From an uncultured virus (IMG/VR IMGVR_UViG_3300020198_000011) (Duplodnaviria > Heunggongvirae > Uroviricota > Caudoviricetes): 64,000 bases of DNA. The notes under the pieces are model-generated. The model was given only the letters and a program-made list of their open reading frames with translations. It had not been told where the DNA came from and searched no databases. Position numbers and translations under genes: made by a program. Below are positions 46,855 through 56,130 of the stretch, piece by piece (position 1 is the stretch's first letter; each line of letters begins with the position of its first letter). The stretch is taken from IMG/VR virus record IMGVR_UViG_3300020198_000011. One strand, 5' to 3'.

Positions 46855-48368
46855 GCGTCACCATCCTGCCCCCCCTGCCACCCGAGCATCAGGCCTATGC
46901 CCTGGCTCGCTACAGCCGCTCGGCCGACAGCATCGAGAAGTCCCTCGAATACGTCTACTCCCACGATCCCTCGAAGTTCTTCTCACAGTTCTACTGGAGC
47001 TACGGCCATGCCAGTGTCGCAGACCTTGGCCATGTCGCCATTTGCTTCGAGGGTATCTCGGACCTTGCCGCCCAGCACATCCTGGGCTACGACCTCATCG
47101 ACGCCCAGTGCAAGAGTACACGCTACCAGGATTTCGGCAAGTGCGCGATCGTGCTGCCGCCACACGCCGACGACCGAGCCCGAAACCTCCTGGCCGCCGC
47201 CAGTTCGGCCTCGCTGACAACCTACCAGCAAGTACTGGACCTCGAACTGGCCGCCCTTGAAGCCGAGTACCCCAGGCCCGCGACCATGGACGAAGCGACC
47301 TACGCGCGCACGTTGCGAGCCCGGGCGTTGGATGTCGCCCGCTACTGCCTACCCATGGGCATCCCTACCAGCCTGGGTATCGTCTGCTCGATTCGCACGC
47401 TGGAGCGTATCGCCTCCGACGCCCTGGTCGACCCCTATCCCGAGGTCCAGCACATCGGGCAGGAGATCGTCGAAGCCTGTGCCAGGGCGCCTATGGAACG
47501 CTGCTGGGATCCGGACGGTCTCCACAACAAGCACGGCTACGAAGGCACGGCCCATCTGCAAACCGACGATCAGCCCGTCCTGCCAACCCTGGCCAGCCAC
47601 ATACAGCCCAACGAGTACCGCGAGCTGGTGCGCAAACGCGCCCTGAGCTACTGCTGTCCGGGTTTCAGGGACACGTCCGAAACCTGGCTGGAAGACCCGC
47701 ACTGCGGTCGCGTAGCCCTCGCCGAGCCCGGGAACCTCCAGGCCGAAATCCTCGCAAGCCTCTGCTACCCCCACACAACCAGGTCCTACCAGGCCCTGAT
47801 GAGCCATTTTACTCCCGACCCCCGGGGATTCGACCTCGACACCATCGTCCTGGCTGGCCTGCTGGGCCCGAGCGTGCCAGACGCGATCAAGGACCGCCCG
47901 GCCGACCTGCCCGAAATGCGGGCCGGGTTACCCTTTCAGTTCGAGATGAAGCTCGATCACGGAGCCTTTCGCGACCTGCGACGCCACCGACGCTGCGTGC
48001 AACTGCGCAAGAATCTCACCTACGACGACCTGCACTACTATCGGCCACCCTTCCCGGCCAGCCCCGAGAGCCACCGGCTCATCACCAAGGCCTGGGTCGC
48101 GGCGGTCGAGGCCGGGCAACGAATTGCCGAGTTCGATCCGTGGGCCAGCCACTACCTGTTGCCAATGTGCCACGGCATCTCGGCAGTCTTCAAGATGGAT
48201 CTGGCGCAGGCCATGTACATCGTCAAGTTGCGGACCGGCAAAAAAGGCCACGACGCCTACCGACGCATCGCCTGGCTGATGGGTAAGGCCATTGGGGGGA
48301 AATACCCCCATCTGGCGCATTACATTCAGGGCACCGATCCCGAAGAGCGGGATCCGCTATTCAGATAA
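46851..48368 (+). CDS. thyX: FAD-dependent thymidylate synthase, double-domain form
   Basis: ALARYSRS, YGHASVAD, STRY, ALDVARY.LP, DHGAFRDLRRHR. Confidence 0.88.
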   Translation: MSVTILPPLPPEHQAYALARYSRSADSIEKSLEYVYSHDPSKFFSQFYWSYGHASVADLGHVAICFEGISDLAAQHILGYDLIDAQCKSTRYQDFGKCAIVLPPHADDRARNLLAAASSASLTTYQQVLDLELAALEAEYPRPATMDEATYARTLRARALDVARYCLPMGIPTSLGIVCSIRTLERIASDALVDPYPEVQHIGQEIVEACARAPMERCWDPDGLHNKHGYEGTAHLQTDDQPVLPTLASHIQPNEYRELVRKRALSYCCPGFRDTSETWLEDPHCGRVALAEPGNLQAEILASLCYPHTTRSYQALMSHFTPDPRGFDLDTIVLAGLLGPSVPDAIKDRPADLPEMRAGLPFQFEMKLDHGAFRDLRRHRRCVQLRKNLTYDDLHYYRPPFPASPESHRLITKAWVAAVEAGQRIAEFDPWASHYLLPMCHGISAVFKMDLAQAMYIVKLRTGKKGHDAYRRIAWLMGKAIGGKYPHLAHYIQGTDPEERDPLFR

Positions 48369-48379
48369 GGAGAGCATAC

Positions 48380-50713
48380 ATGTCGAACGAGACCCGTTTC
48401 ACCCTCGGCGAATTACGGACCCTGGCAGAGCTCTCCATCCATGCCGTCGAGGGCCTGCGTGAGGTCATCGCCAAGAGTCCAGGGTTGCTCGTCATTCCTC
48501 CCGCGGTGCTCGATGAGCTCCTGACCCTCACCCATCCCATTTCATGGGTCACGGCCCCAACCGCGCCAGCCGCCGACGTCGAGCCACCGGACATCCAGGA
48601 AGCCATGCTGCCTCCGTCCTCCGCGATGCCCGAAGAGGACCATTACAGCGGCGTCACGGCCCTGGGTAAGATCCTGCGCTCCTGGCGAACGGCCCAGGAT
48701 ATGACCTCTGGCGACATGGCTGGCCGGCTCGGCGTCGACCACGCCCTGCTGCTGAAGTGGGAAACGCACGGCGACACGGCCCCAGATGGCCTGTTCGACA
48801 AGCTGACGCAGGCCTTCGAGATGGATCCGACCACGCAGCTGGAGCTCTTGCAGGCCCTGACCCTGATGGATTCCCGAAACGCCTATCGCCGCATCAGCAC
48901 ACTGATGGCCAAGCACCCGGGCACCGTCTACACGGCCGAGGACATCGCCAAGAAACTCGACCTCAATCTCAATACCGCCCGCACGCACCTGGCCTCCCTG
49001 GCCCGCCGGGCCGTCGTCTACCGCCGGACCAACGGACACTTCTACTGGCCGCCCCATGGCGAGCGCGAAAGCAAGCGCCAGCGCATCCTCGGCATCTTCA
49101 TGAACCGACCGGGCGATACGTTCACCACCCGCGACATCGCCGATCTGCTGGGAACGGACTCGGCCGACGCCAGCCGCCACTTCGACGCGCTCAAGAACAG
49201 CGGCATGATCGTCAAGCTGGGCAATGGGCTCTGGCGGCTGGCCGAACTGCGCGGCGGTGGCAACAAGCCGCCCACCCAGACCGCCAGGGACCGGATCATG
49301 GCCCTGTTCGAGCACGCGCCCACCCTGACGCGCCAGGAAGCCGTCAACCAGCTCACCGATCTCACCGGGCCCACCGTCGACAACGCCCTGCTCGATCTGG
49401 TCAAGACGGGGAGACTCTCGCGCCACAGTAGACTAGGCATCTACCGCCCGGCCACCGCGGATGCCCTGGACAACCAGGGCGCCCGCCCGAAGACCAGCGA
49501 GCCGCTCGACCAGCAAATCCGCAGGATCCTCGATGGCGCCCCAGGCACCTCCTTCAGCCCCGGGGCTCTCGGGGACATTCTGGGCATTACGACCCGCAAG
49601 GTGGACGCCCAACTGAGGAAACTCCTCTCGCAAGGCAAGATAGCCCGGGCCGATCGCGGGGAGTATGTCTCCAGGCGGGCTAAGAAGACCTGGCAACCAC
49701 CGGCGGTCTCGGCGGCCGGGCAGGTTCGCAACTACCTGGCCGCCCACCCCGGCCAGACCTTCCTGCCCGCCGCACTCGCCAAAACGCTCGACCTGAGCCA
49801 CAGCGCCGTCAGCGGCGCCCTCTGGAGCGAGGCCAAGAAAGGCCGGCTCACGGTCGACAAGACCGGCCGCTACACCGTCCCGGACACCTACCCATCCGAG
49901 ACGACGACCGCCGCCACGGGCCCCGAACCAGACCCCGGGACCGACCAGGCTCCAACCAACAGTGGCACCTACTCGCCCGAGGAGCTCGCCGAAGCCGCCA
50001 AGTCGGGCCTGTTCGACAAGGCCCCGGAAAGCCACCAAGCCACCATCGAGGGGCGAATTCAGCATCTGCTGGCCAGCAACCCCGACACCCGCTGGACGCT
50101 CCTTGAGATCTACGACGTGCTCGGCCTCGATATCAGCCTATCCTCCCTGTCCGGCCACGTATCCCACCTCAAGAAAGACGGGATCGCCACCTATCCCGAG
50201 CCTGGCAAGATCCAGCTGGCCGCCCCGCCGCAAGCCGCAGACACCCCCAAGCGCATCCTGAAGCTCTTGCGCGAGCACCCCGAGCGAACCTTCCAGGCCA
50301 TCCACGCCCGGAACGAGCTCAATTTGCTGATCTCGACCATCAAGATTCGCGACATCCTGGTGGATTTCGAGCGCCAGGGCCTGGTCGAACAGCATCCCGG
50401 GAGCCACTTCGCCATCAAGCGCCAGGCCGCCAAGCCCTCCGAGCAACGGGCGCTGGAGATCGCCCAGATGGACCCTACCTACTACCCGGAACCCCCGAGC
50501 CCGTGGTGGATCGCCAAGGAATGCAGCCATTGCACGCGGAGCTTCCTGGTGCCCTCGCACATCAAGACCAACAACCGCTGCTACCGGTCGCTCGAAACGC
50601 ACACCCAGAAGCAACGCCTCACGAACATCCTCGCTCGGCTGCACGAGAAGGGCGAGCCCTTCTCCTCGCCGACAATTACGCCATTGTCTGCGATCAGTGC
50701 GGCAAACGCGTAG
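48380..50713 (+). CDS. XRE HTH plus seven tandem winged-helix domains (probably extends to 50862 via frameshift)
   Basis: Repeated RI..L...PG..F....IA..L.......L..L...G.......G.Y units. Confidence 0.75.
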   Translation: MSNETRFTLGELRTLAELSIHAVEGLREVIAKSPGLLVIPPAVLDELLTLTHPISWVTAPTAPAADVEPPDIQEAMLPPSSAMPEEDHYSGVTALGKILRSWRTAQDMTSGDMAGRLGVDHALLLKWETHGDTAPDGLFDKLTQAFEMDPTTQLELLQALTLMDSRNAYRRISTLMAKHPGTVYTAEDIAKKLDLNLNTARTHLASLARRAVVYRRTNGHFYWPPHGERESKRQRILGIFMNRPGDTFTTRDIADLLGTDSADASRHFDALKNSGMIVKLGNGLWRLAELRGGGNKPPTQTARDRIMALFEHAPTLTRQEAVNQLTDLTGPTVDNALLDLVKTGRLSRHSRLGIYRPATADALDNQGARPKTSEPLDQQIRRILDGAPGTSFSPGALGDILGITTRKVDAQLRKLLSQGKIARADRGEYVSRRAKKTWQPPAVSAAGQVRNYLAAHPGQTFLPAALAKTLDLSHSAVSGALWSEAKKGRLTVDKTGRYTVPDTYPSETTTAATGPEPDPGTDQAPTNSGTYSPEELAEAAKSGLFDKAPESHQATIEGRIQHLLASNPDTRWTLLEIYDVLGLDISLSSLSGHVSHLKKDGIATYPEPGKIQLAAPPQAADTPKRILKLLREHPERTFQAIHARNELNLLISTIKIRDILVDFERQGLVEQHPGSHFAIKRQAAKPSEQRALEIAQMDPTYYPEPPSPWWIAKECSHCTRSFLVPSHIKTNNRCYRSLETHTQKQRLTNILARLHEKGEPFSSPTITPLSAISAANA

Positions 50714-50907
50714 AAATCAAGCCGAAAGAAGTCGAGCGGGTCCGGAGGGGCTGGTTGCGCTACTGCATCCAATGCGCGACCAGCCCGAAGCTGTTCAAGA
50801 CGCTGCTGGCGCGGATCAAGGATCCAGCATTCCGCGCCGAGCACTTCGAATCGCTATCATGAGCTTGAGCAGCTAAGGGAAGACTCGGAGGGGACAGAGG
50901 TGCCCAG

Positions 50908-52029
50908 TTGGCACGGCTGTCCAACAAGGCGCAACGCATTCTCGGCCAGGCCCCATCACGGAGATCGAGACCCGCCCACGCCACCAGCGGACCACCAGCC
51001 AACCAGCCACCCGGACCAGACCCCGATCCCGCCGGGGAATTACTAGCCCTCCTCAAGGTCCGCAAGGATGCCGGGGTCACGCCCCAGGAACTGGCCAAGT
51101 ACGACGACTGGGTGATTGCGGCCCTGGAAAGCAGGGGCTACGCCATTTCCCTCAAGGGCGGACGCATCGTGCTGGAGCGCGATCCCAAGGCCATCCCGCG
51201 CAACCCGGACGCGGCGGCCTACAACGTCTTCGACCCGCGGCGAAAGTCCTGGCGCTTCCTGCTCATCTCGGATTCCCATATCGGCGGCCGCCAGGCCCAG
51301 CCCTGGTTCCTCAAGAAAATGTTCGAGGAGGCCGAACAGCGCAAGTGCGCGGCCGTGTTTCATGGCGGCGACCACGTCGACGGCAGCCCCAAGATGCATG
51401 CCGGCTTCCTGTATGAACTGGTCCTCACGCGAGCCGACGACCAAGTCGATGCCGCCGTGCAGATCTACCGGAACTGCCAGGTGCCCATGTTCGGCATCGG
51501 CGGCAATCATGACGGATCCTGGTTCAAGGACGCGGGGCTCGATGTCTGCCGCATGATCCAGGAACGCCTGGACAACTATTGCAATATCGGCAACATCGAA
51601 GGCTGGGTAGCGGGACCGAACGACGACCCGAACTTCCTGCTGCTTTTCCACCCGCAAGACGGCACGAGCTACAGCATCTCGTACAAGCCGCAGAAACTGG
51701 CCGAGTATCTGGTAACCGAGAATCGCCGGGTACCAACCTGCTTCACGGCAATCGGCCACTACCACAAGCGCGGCCTGTTCGACGCGGCTAACGGCTCGAA
51801 TTCGATCATGATACCAGCCACTTGCGGGACGACGGCGTTCATGCGCGCCAAGAAGCTCGTGAATCAATCTGGTGCGACATTCGTCGAATTCTCGCTCGAT
51901 AAAAACGGCCAGGTCGACCGCTTCATCTACGAACAAATCAAGCTCTGGCCGCACGAATGGCAATCATGCGATTACTCCGACTTCACCCGCCCACGCCGAG
52001 CGTCGATTGGCAACGTCTGGGGCAGCTGA
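50908..52029 (+). CDS. calcineurin-like metallophosphoesterase
   Basis: SDSH, GDHVDG, GNHD, FHP, GHYH. Confidence 0.88.
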   Translation: MARLSNKAQRILGQAPSRRSRPAHATSGPPANQPPGPDPDPAGELLALLKVRKDAGVTPQELAKYDDWVIAALESRGYAISLKGGRIVLERDPKAIPRNPDAAAYNVFDPRRKSWRFLLISDSHIGGRQAQPWFLKKMFEEAEQRKCAAVFHGGDHVDGSPKMHAGFLYELVLTRADDQVDAAVQIYRNCQVPMFGIGGNHDGSWFKDAGLDVCRMIQERLDNYCNIGNIEGWVAGPNDDPNFLLLFHPQDGTSYSISYKPQKLAEYLVTENRRVPTCFTAIGHYHKRGLFDAANGSNSIMIPATCGTTAFMRAKKLVNQSGATFVEFSLDKNGQVDRFIYEQIKLWPHEWQSCDYSDFTRPRRASIGNVWGS

Positions 52030-52033
52030 AAGC

Positions 52034-52404
52034 AAAACCCCCGGAACCTGCTCGTCTTGCGACGGCCTGTCTCGGGGGCCAGCTCGGCCTTCCTGTCGCC
52101 TCTGCGATCCGTGAGAATCGGTTCGGACGATTGCCGGCCACTTCGGGCACTGCCGCTCGATCTGGTAGGACCGCTTGCCGCGCCCCCGGAAATCACCGCC
52201 GACCGCGCCCAGGACTCACATCCCGAACAGGCCAACCTTGACGACCGGATCACCCGCCCTGGCGGACCGACGTTCATCGGACCGACCGCTTGCGCGGCGA
52301 ACCCAGCGAAGATGACTACGAGAACGTCTCCAGGAACGACTCCTTGCCCTGTCTCCAGGTTGGGGCTCCCTCCCGGGGGCCTTGCGGCCCGCGCCGCTCT
52401 CGAT
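52034..52404 (-). ncRNA. candidate large structured non-coding RNA (~370 nt)
   Basis: Intergenic gap between convergent genes; at least five GNRA-capped hairpins on the minus strand; own TTGACG-18-TATCTT promoter; ends CCGGGGGTTTT. Confidence 0.65.
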
Positions 52405-52419
52405 GTCCTTAAGATAACC

Positions 52420-52833
52420 TTAATCAGGCAGGCTCGTCAAGGGGGTAGGACCAACTTTTTCCGAGAATTCTTCGATGCGGGCCACGATGCGCTCGGGGCC
52501 CCAGCATTTGGTCGCGCTCACCCGCCAGACCCACTTGTCGTCGAACCCCAGGGCCCTGGCGATCGCGTCCACCGAGCACTTGATGGGATTGTCGACGTCC
52601 ACCGAGACCGGCACCCCGGACCGCTCCCAGAGCCTGGGGAAATAGAACTCGAAGCGCATATCCAGTGGCTTGCCTTGTAATTCGAGCGGAAGGGTTACGC
52701 CGCGCTCCCGTAGCAGTTCGACCACCGCGTCGGTGAAGCGCCGAGCGGCGTCGCGCTTGTAGACGTTGCCGTGCTTGCCCTTGGCGTAAAGCTGATTGAC
52801 GCTGACGGCCTTGCCGATGATGATGATCTTCAG
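52420..52833 (-). CDS. rusA: RusA-like Holliday junction resolvase (CTG start)
   Basis: GKAVSVN...DVDNPIK...DA...GFDDKWV; in-frame TGA two codons upstream of CTG. Confidence 0.85.
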   Translation of the reverse strand: MKIIIIGKAVSVNQLYAKGKHGNVYKRDAARRFTDAVVELLRERGVTLPLELQGKPLDMRFEFYFPRLWERSGVPVSVDVDNPIKCSVDAIARALGFDDKWVWRVSATKCWGPERIVARIEEFSEKVGPTPLTSLPD

Positions 52834-53447
52834 GGTTCAGCCCGCACGAAGAACTCTCGCGGATCGACCGGCCTGCCATCGACCAGGATTTCGACATGGA
52901 GGTGCGGTCCCGTTGATTCGCCGGTACTTCCCACCTTGCCGATGACTTGGCCAGCCTCTACCCGCTGGCCGACCACCACGTCCCGAACCGACAGGTGAGC
53001 ATAGCGGGTCCTGGTGCGATGCCCATGATCGATGACGACCATCTCCCCGTAGCCATCGGAGTTACGACCCGAGAAAACGACCCTGCCGGGAGCGGGGGTC
53101 CTCACGGCCGCTCCTGCCGGGGCCACGATGTCGATACCCTGATGTGGGCGCGTCACGCCGCGCCTCGTCCGCATCCCGAAACCGGAACTGACCCTTCCCG
53201 ATGCCGGCCAGGCCCAGGTGCCGCGCACACCGGCCGCGATGCCGCTTGCCGGATCGGGCGGCCTGGTAAACCGCCCCGTCACGGCGCCAATAAAAGCCTC
53301 GACCAGCTCGGCGTCGGTCGACGCCGACCCCGGTGATCCGCGAACCCGCTTCAATGTCTTCCTGTAAAGCTGGTTGTCACCCGGTTCATCGGTCGACGCC
53401 CCGCAATCCCGAAGAAAGTTGGGCAGGCGATCCTGGGCGGCGGTCAC
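52830..53447 (-). CDS. M23 family peptidase (endolysin-like)
   Basis: HQGIDI, YG..VVIDHG, YAHL, GSTGESTGPHLHVE. Confidence 0.92.
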   Translation of the reverse strand: MTAAQDRLPNFLRDCGASTDEPGDNQLYRKTLKRVRGSPGSASTDAELVEAFIGAVTGRFTRPPDPASGIAAGVRGTWAWPASGRVSSGFGMRTRRGVTRPHQGIDIVAPAGAAVRTPAPGRVVFSGRNSDGYGEMVVIDHGHRTRTRYAHLSVRDVVVGQRVEAGQVIGKVGSTGESTGPHLHVEILVDGRPVDPREFFVRAEP

Positions 53448-53450
53448 GAC

Positions 53451-54434
53451 CTATTGCGGTCGGCGCTCGTAGACGCCGGCCGTCCCGGGCTCGCCCGCTG
53501 AATCGAGGGTCTCGAAGACCATCAGGGGCGTCTGACCATCCGCCTCGTAGATGGTCAAGGTGTTGGTCAAGGGGTCGAGCTTCCAGGCCCCGGCCAGGAT
53601 CTTGCGCGATAGCAGGGCGGCCGCCAAGGCCTCGGCCATCGAGCCGACCGTGACGTCTTCGGGTAACTGGGCATCGAGCAGGTTGCCCGGCAGGGCATTG
53701 ACCGAAGCCTGGGAGGCCCGCGTCGAAACGGTGGTGTCTAGCTTGTCGAGGCTGTCGAGCTTGGCCGCGCGCGCTGCCGAGTAGTCCGCCTTGGCGGCCC
53801 GGCTGGAAACCGCCGCGTCCAGGTACGATGCGCGCTGTGGGGTCCACAGGTCATTGCGGGCCCGCGAACTAATGGCCGCGTCGAGGAAATCCAGCTTGGC
53901 GGCCCGTTCGGCCGTGTAGTTGGCGCCCAGGCCGCTACCCACCGAGGTGATGGCTGCGTCGAGATACCCCGCCCTGGTGCTGGTCCAGACGCTCGCTGCC
54001 GTGCGGGTCGTGATCTTGGCGTCGAGATTGGTCGCGAGCTGACTGGCCAGATCCGAGCTCCAGACAGAGCCGGCCGCCCGGGTCCCGACCGCCACGTCCA
54101 GCCTGTCGGCCACCGCGGCGCTCATCGCCAGGAGCTTGTTATGCTCCTCGGCGGTCAGGCCGCCAGCCCCGCTCGCGGGCAGCAGCAGGCCGCCCTTTCG
54201 GTTGTCGCCGCTTCCGGTTCCCTCCGCGCCGGTCCAGGCCTCCCAGATCACCGCTTCACTGATGTCGTACTCGAAGACATACAGGCCCGTTGTATTGCCA
54301 GTATTGTCCCGGATGTTGCTGATAATCGGAACCGTGCCTGCCGGATCCCCATTGGTCAGCTTCCAGGTCGTGATAGTGGGTACCAGTTGCAGGTTGGCGT
54401 TACTGGGACCCCAGTCGATGACGTGGAAAGCCAT
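53451..54434 (-). CDS. virion fibre/collar-like protein with LDAAISSR repeats
   Basis: About six repeats such as RAGYLDAAITS, RAAKLDFLDAAISSRA, RASYLDAAVSSRA; C-terminal NTLTIYEADGQTPL. Confidence 0.7.
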   Translation of the reverse strand: MAFHVIDWGPSNANLQLVPTITTWKLTNGDPAGTVPIISNIRDNTGNTTGLYVFEYDISEAVIWEAWTGAEGTGSGDNRKGGLLLPASGAGGLTAEEHNKLLAMSAAVADRLDVAVGTRAAGSVWSSDLASQLATNLDAKITTRTAASVWTSTRAGYLDAAITSVGSGLGANYTAERAAKLDFLDAAISSRARNDLWTPQRASYLDAAVSSRAAKADYSAARAAKLDSLDKLDTTVSTRASQASVNALPGNLLDAQLPEDVTVGSMAEALAAALLSRKILAGAWKLDPLTNTLTIYEADGQTPLMVFETLDSAGEPGTAGVYERRPQ

Positions 54435-54458
54435 GGCCCTACCTCTCTACCCCTATTA

Positions 54459-56060
54459 TCAAGGCCCGGGCGGCGGTCCCGGCAGCGGACCGCTCGGCGC
54501 GAACCAGCCCTGGTCGAACCAACTCTCTGGAATCTCCTCGGCTTCGAAGCTCACCTGCTCGGTGCAGAGGCCCAGGTCGAAGGTATCCGGCGGGACCTCG
54601 ATGCAAGCGGCCAATCTGGCCCGCTCCCAGACGGTCCCGTCGGGATAGTGCCCGATAGTGCGCCGGGAGTTCAGTATCCAGGGGCCGCCACCAACATGGC
54701 GCGCATGCTCCAGTTCTGGCTGCCAGGCAAGCTCGGCCTGTTCATGGCTAAAATCCTCCAGTACCCCCCAGTCCCCGGCCCCGACCTTGAGTCCGGCCCC
54801 CATGGCAAAACGTCCGCGGCGGCGCACGTACTCGGCCGCATCGTAGGCGGGATCCTCCAGGACCAGGCGCGTCAACTCAACGAGGGCCGCGATGTCGGTA
54901 TCGTCCGAGCCGAGATCTACCAGTTCGTCGACCTTGAAGTACGCGTTGGTATACGGGGCCTGCCAGTGCGGCTTGACGTCCCAGAGCACGCCGAAGAACT
55001 CTTCGAGGGCCTTGAAGTTCCCCAACGCGGCCGTGCTGTACTTGACACCCATGACACTGTATTTGAGGTACTCGTCGAAGACCCGGTCGATGACCGCCGC
55101 ATCGTCGCGCGAGGGACCCGGCTTGACCTGACCGTTCACGACCGGATCATCCGGCAATTGGGGCACCAGCTCCTGGGGCAGGTAGGTCACGACCCGCTTG
55201 GTAGGATCCTGATTATCAACCCCGCCCTTCCACCACTCGGGATCCGACAGGTAGTCCATCACCCGAATATCCGAGACAAAGGTCGAAAGCGGCCGCAGGA
55301 CCGAGCCGACCTCGACAGCCAGGGTGGCCCGCAGAGGGATGTCGTAGGTGTGCCCGTTGCGCGTCCTGACATGGTAGTACTCGGCATCCCGAGTGATCTC
55401 GACGACCACGTCGGCCTCGCGACTGACCGGATAACCAGCCGCCAGTTGCAAGCCGGCGTTGAGCGCGTAGAGGATCGGGCCATTCCCGAACAGGTAGAGC
55501 ACACCCTTGATGAGCTGCCGATACTGCTCGCTGCTCGGGCGCACGATGCTGGTCAGGTACCCGAAGAGCTTGTAGAGATCCTGCTCGTCGGTGTAGACCT
55601 TGGGCGCGAAGAACGTGATCTCCTTGGTCGTGCCCAAATCCCGAATCGGATAGTTCGCCCGCGCGAACGGATCGTCCTCAAAGACCAGGTGGGTCCGATC
55701 CCGGGTGACTTCCAGACGATAGTCCGCGCCAGCCCGGGCAATGATCGTCGGCTCGTAGATGCGGTTGAACAGGAAGGGAATCTCGACGTAGGGAGCCGGC
55801 AGCAGGTACCTGAACGCACCCCCCACCCCCTCATCGGCCCGGAAGGTTACCAGGTGCCAGAAGTCCTCGCGGAAAATGGGCATGCTGTCGAGATAGGCCG
55901 GCGCGGCGACCCGCAGGACCTGAAAGTACAGCCGCTTGAGGATCTCGGCCTCGACGCCCAGCAACGAGCCCAGCGTCCTGGCGCCCCCGTAGAGCGTCGC
56001 CCACAGATCGCTGGTGAATTGCAGGAGGTAACGGCCGTCGCGCATCGTCTTCATGTCCAT
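54459..56060 (-). CDS. baseplate wedge-like structural protein
   Basis: 533 aa; FGYLTSIVRPSSEQYRQLIKGVLYLFGNGP..., VKPHW segments typical of wedge proteins; structural context. Confidence 0.55.
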   Translation of the reverse strand: MDMKTMRDGRYLLQFTSDLWATLYGGARTLGSLLGVEAEILKRLYFQVLRVAAPAYLDSMPIFREDFWHLVTFRADEGVGGAFRYLLPAPYVEIPFLFNRIYEPTIIARAGADYRLEVTRDRTHLVFEDDPFARANYPIRDLGTTKEITFFAPKVYTDEQDLYKLFGYLTSIVRPSSEQYRQLIKGVLYLFGNGPILYALNAGLQLAAGYPVSREADVVVEITRDAEYYHVRTRNGHTYDIPLRATLAVEVGSVLRPLSTFVSDIRVMDYLSDPEWWKGGVDNQDPTKRVVTYLPQELVPQLPDDPVVNGQVKPGPSRDDAAVIDRVFDEYLKYSVMGVKYSTAALGNFKALEEFFGVLWDVKPHWQAPYTNAYFKVDELVDLGSDDTDIAALVELTRLVLEDPAYDAAEYVRRRGRFAMGAGLKVGAGDWGVLEDFSHEQAELAWQPELEHARHVGGGPWILNSRRTIGHYPDGTVWERARLAACIEVPPDTFDLGLCTEQVSFEAEEIPESWFDQGWFAPSGPLPGPPPGP

Positions 56061-56085
56061 GATAGGACCCGGTTTTTAAAGCGGC

Positions 56086-56100
56086 CTATAATCCCAGCAG
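56086..56100 (+). promoter_or_regulatory. conserved putative late promoter motif CTATAATCCCAGCAG (copy 4)
   Basis: Exact 15-mer 30 nt upstream of the 707-aa gene. Confidence 0.75.
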
Positions 56101-56130
56101 AGCCCTTGTCCCTACTCGCAAAGGAACCCC

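Noticed and set aside
52078..52096. CAGGAAGGCCGAGCT resemblance to RNase P RNA GAGGAAAGUCCGGGCU
   Set aside because: Lies near the 3' rather than the 5' end, and the complementary P4 3' motif is not visible
52057..52680. 207-aa plus ORF and 101-aa minus ORF (51972-52277) over the candidate ncRNA
   Set aside because: No RBS, Pro/Arg/Ser-rich low-information translations, and overlap with established neighbouring genes
54434..54444. Operator-like TGGCCCTACCT (also TGGTCCTACTC at 32575)
   Set aside because: Two mismatches each, and explained by RBS plus CCATG context
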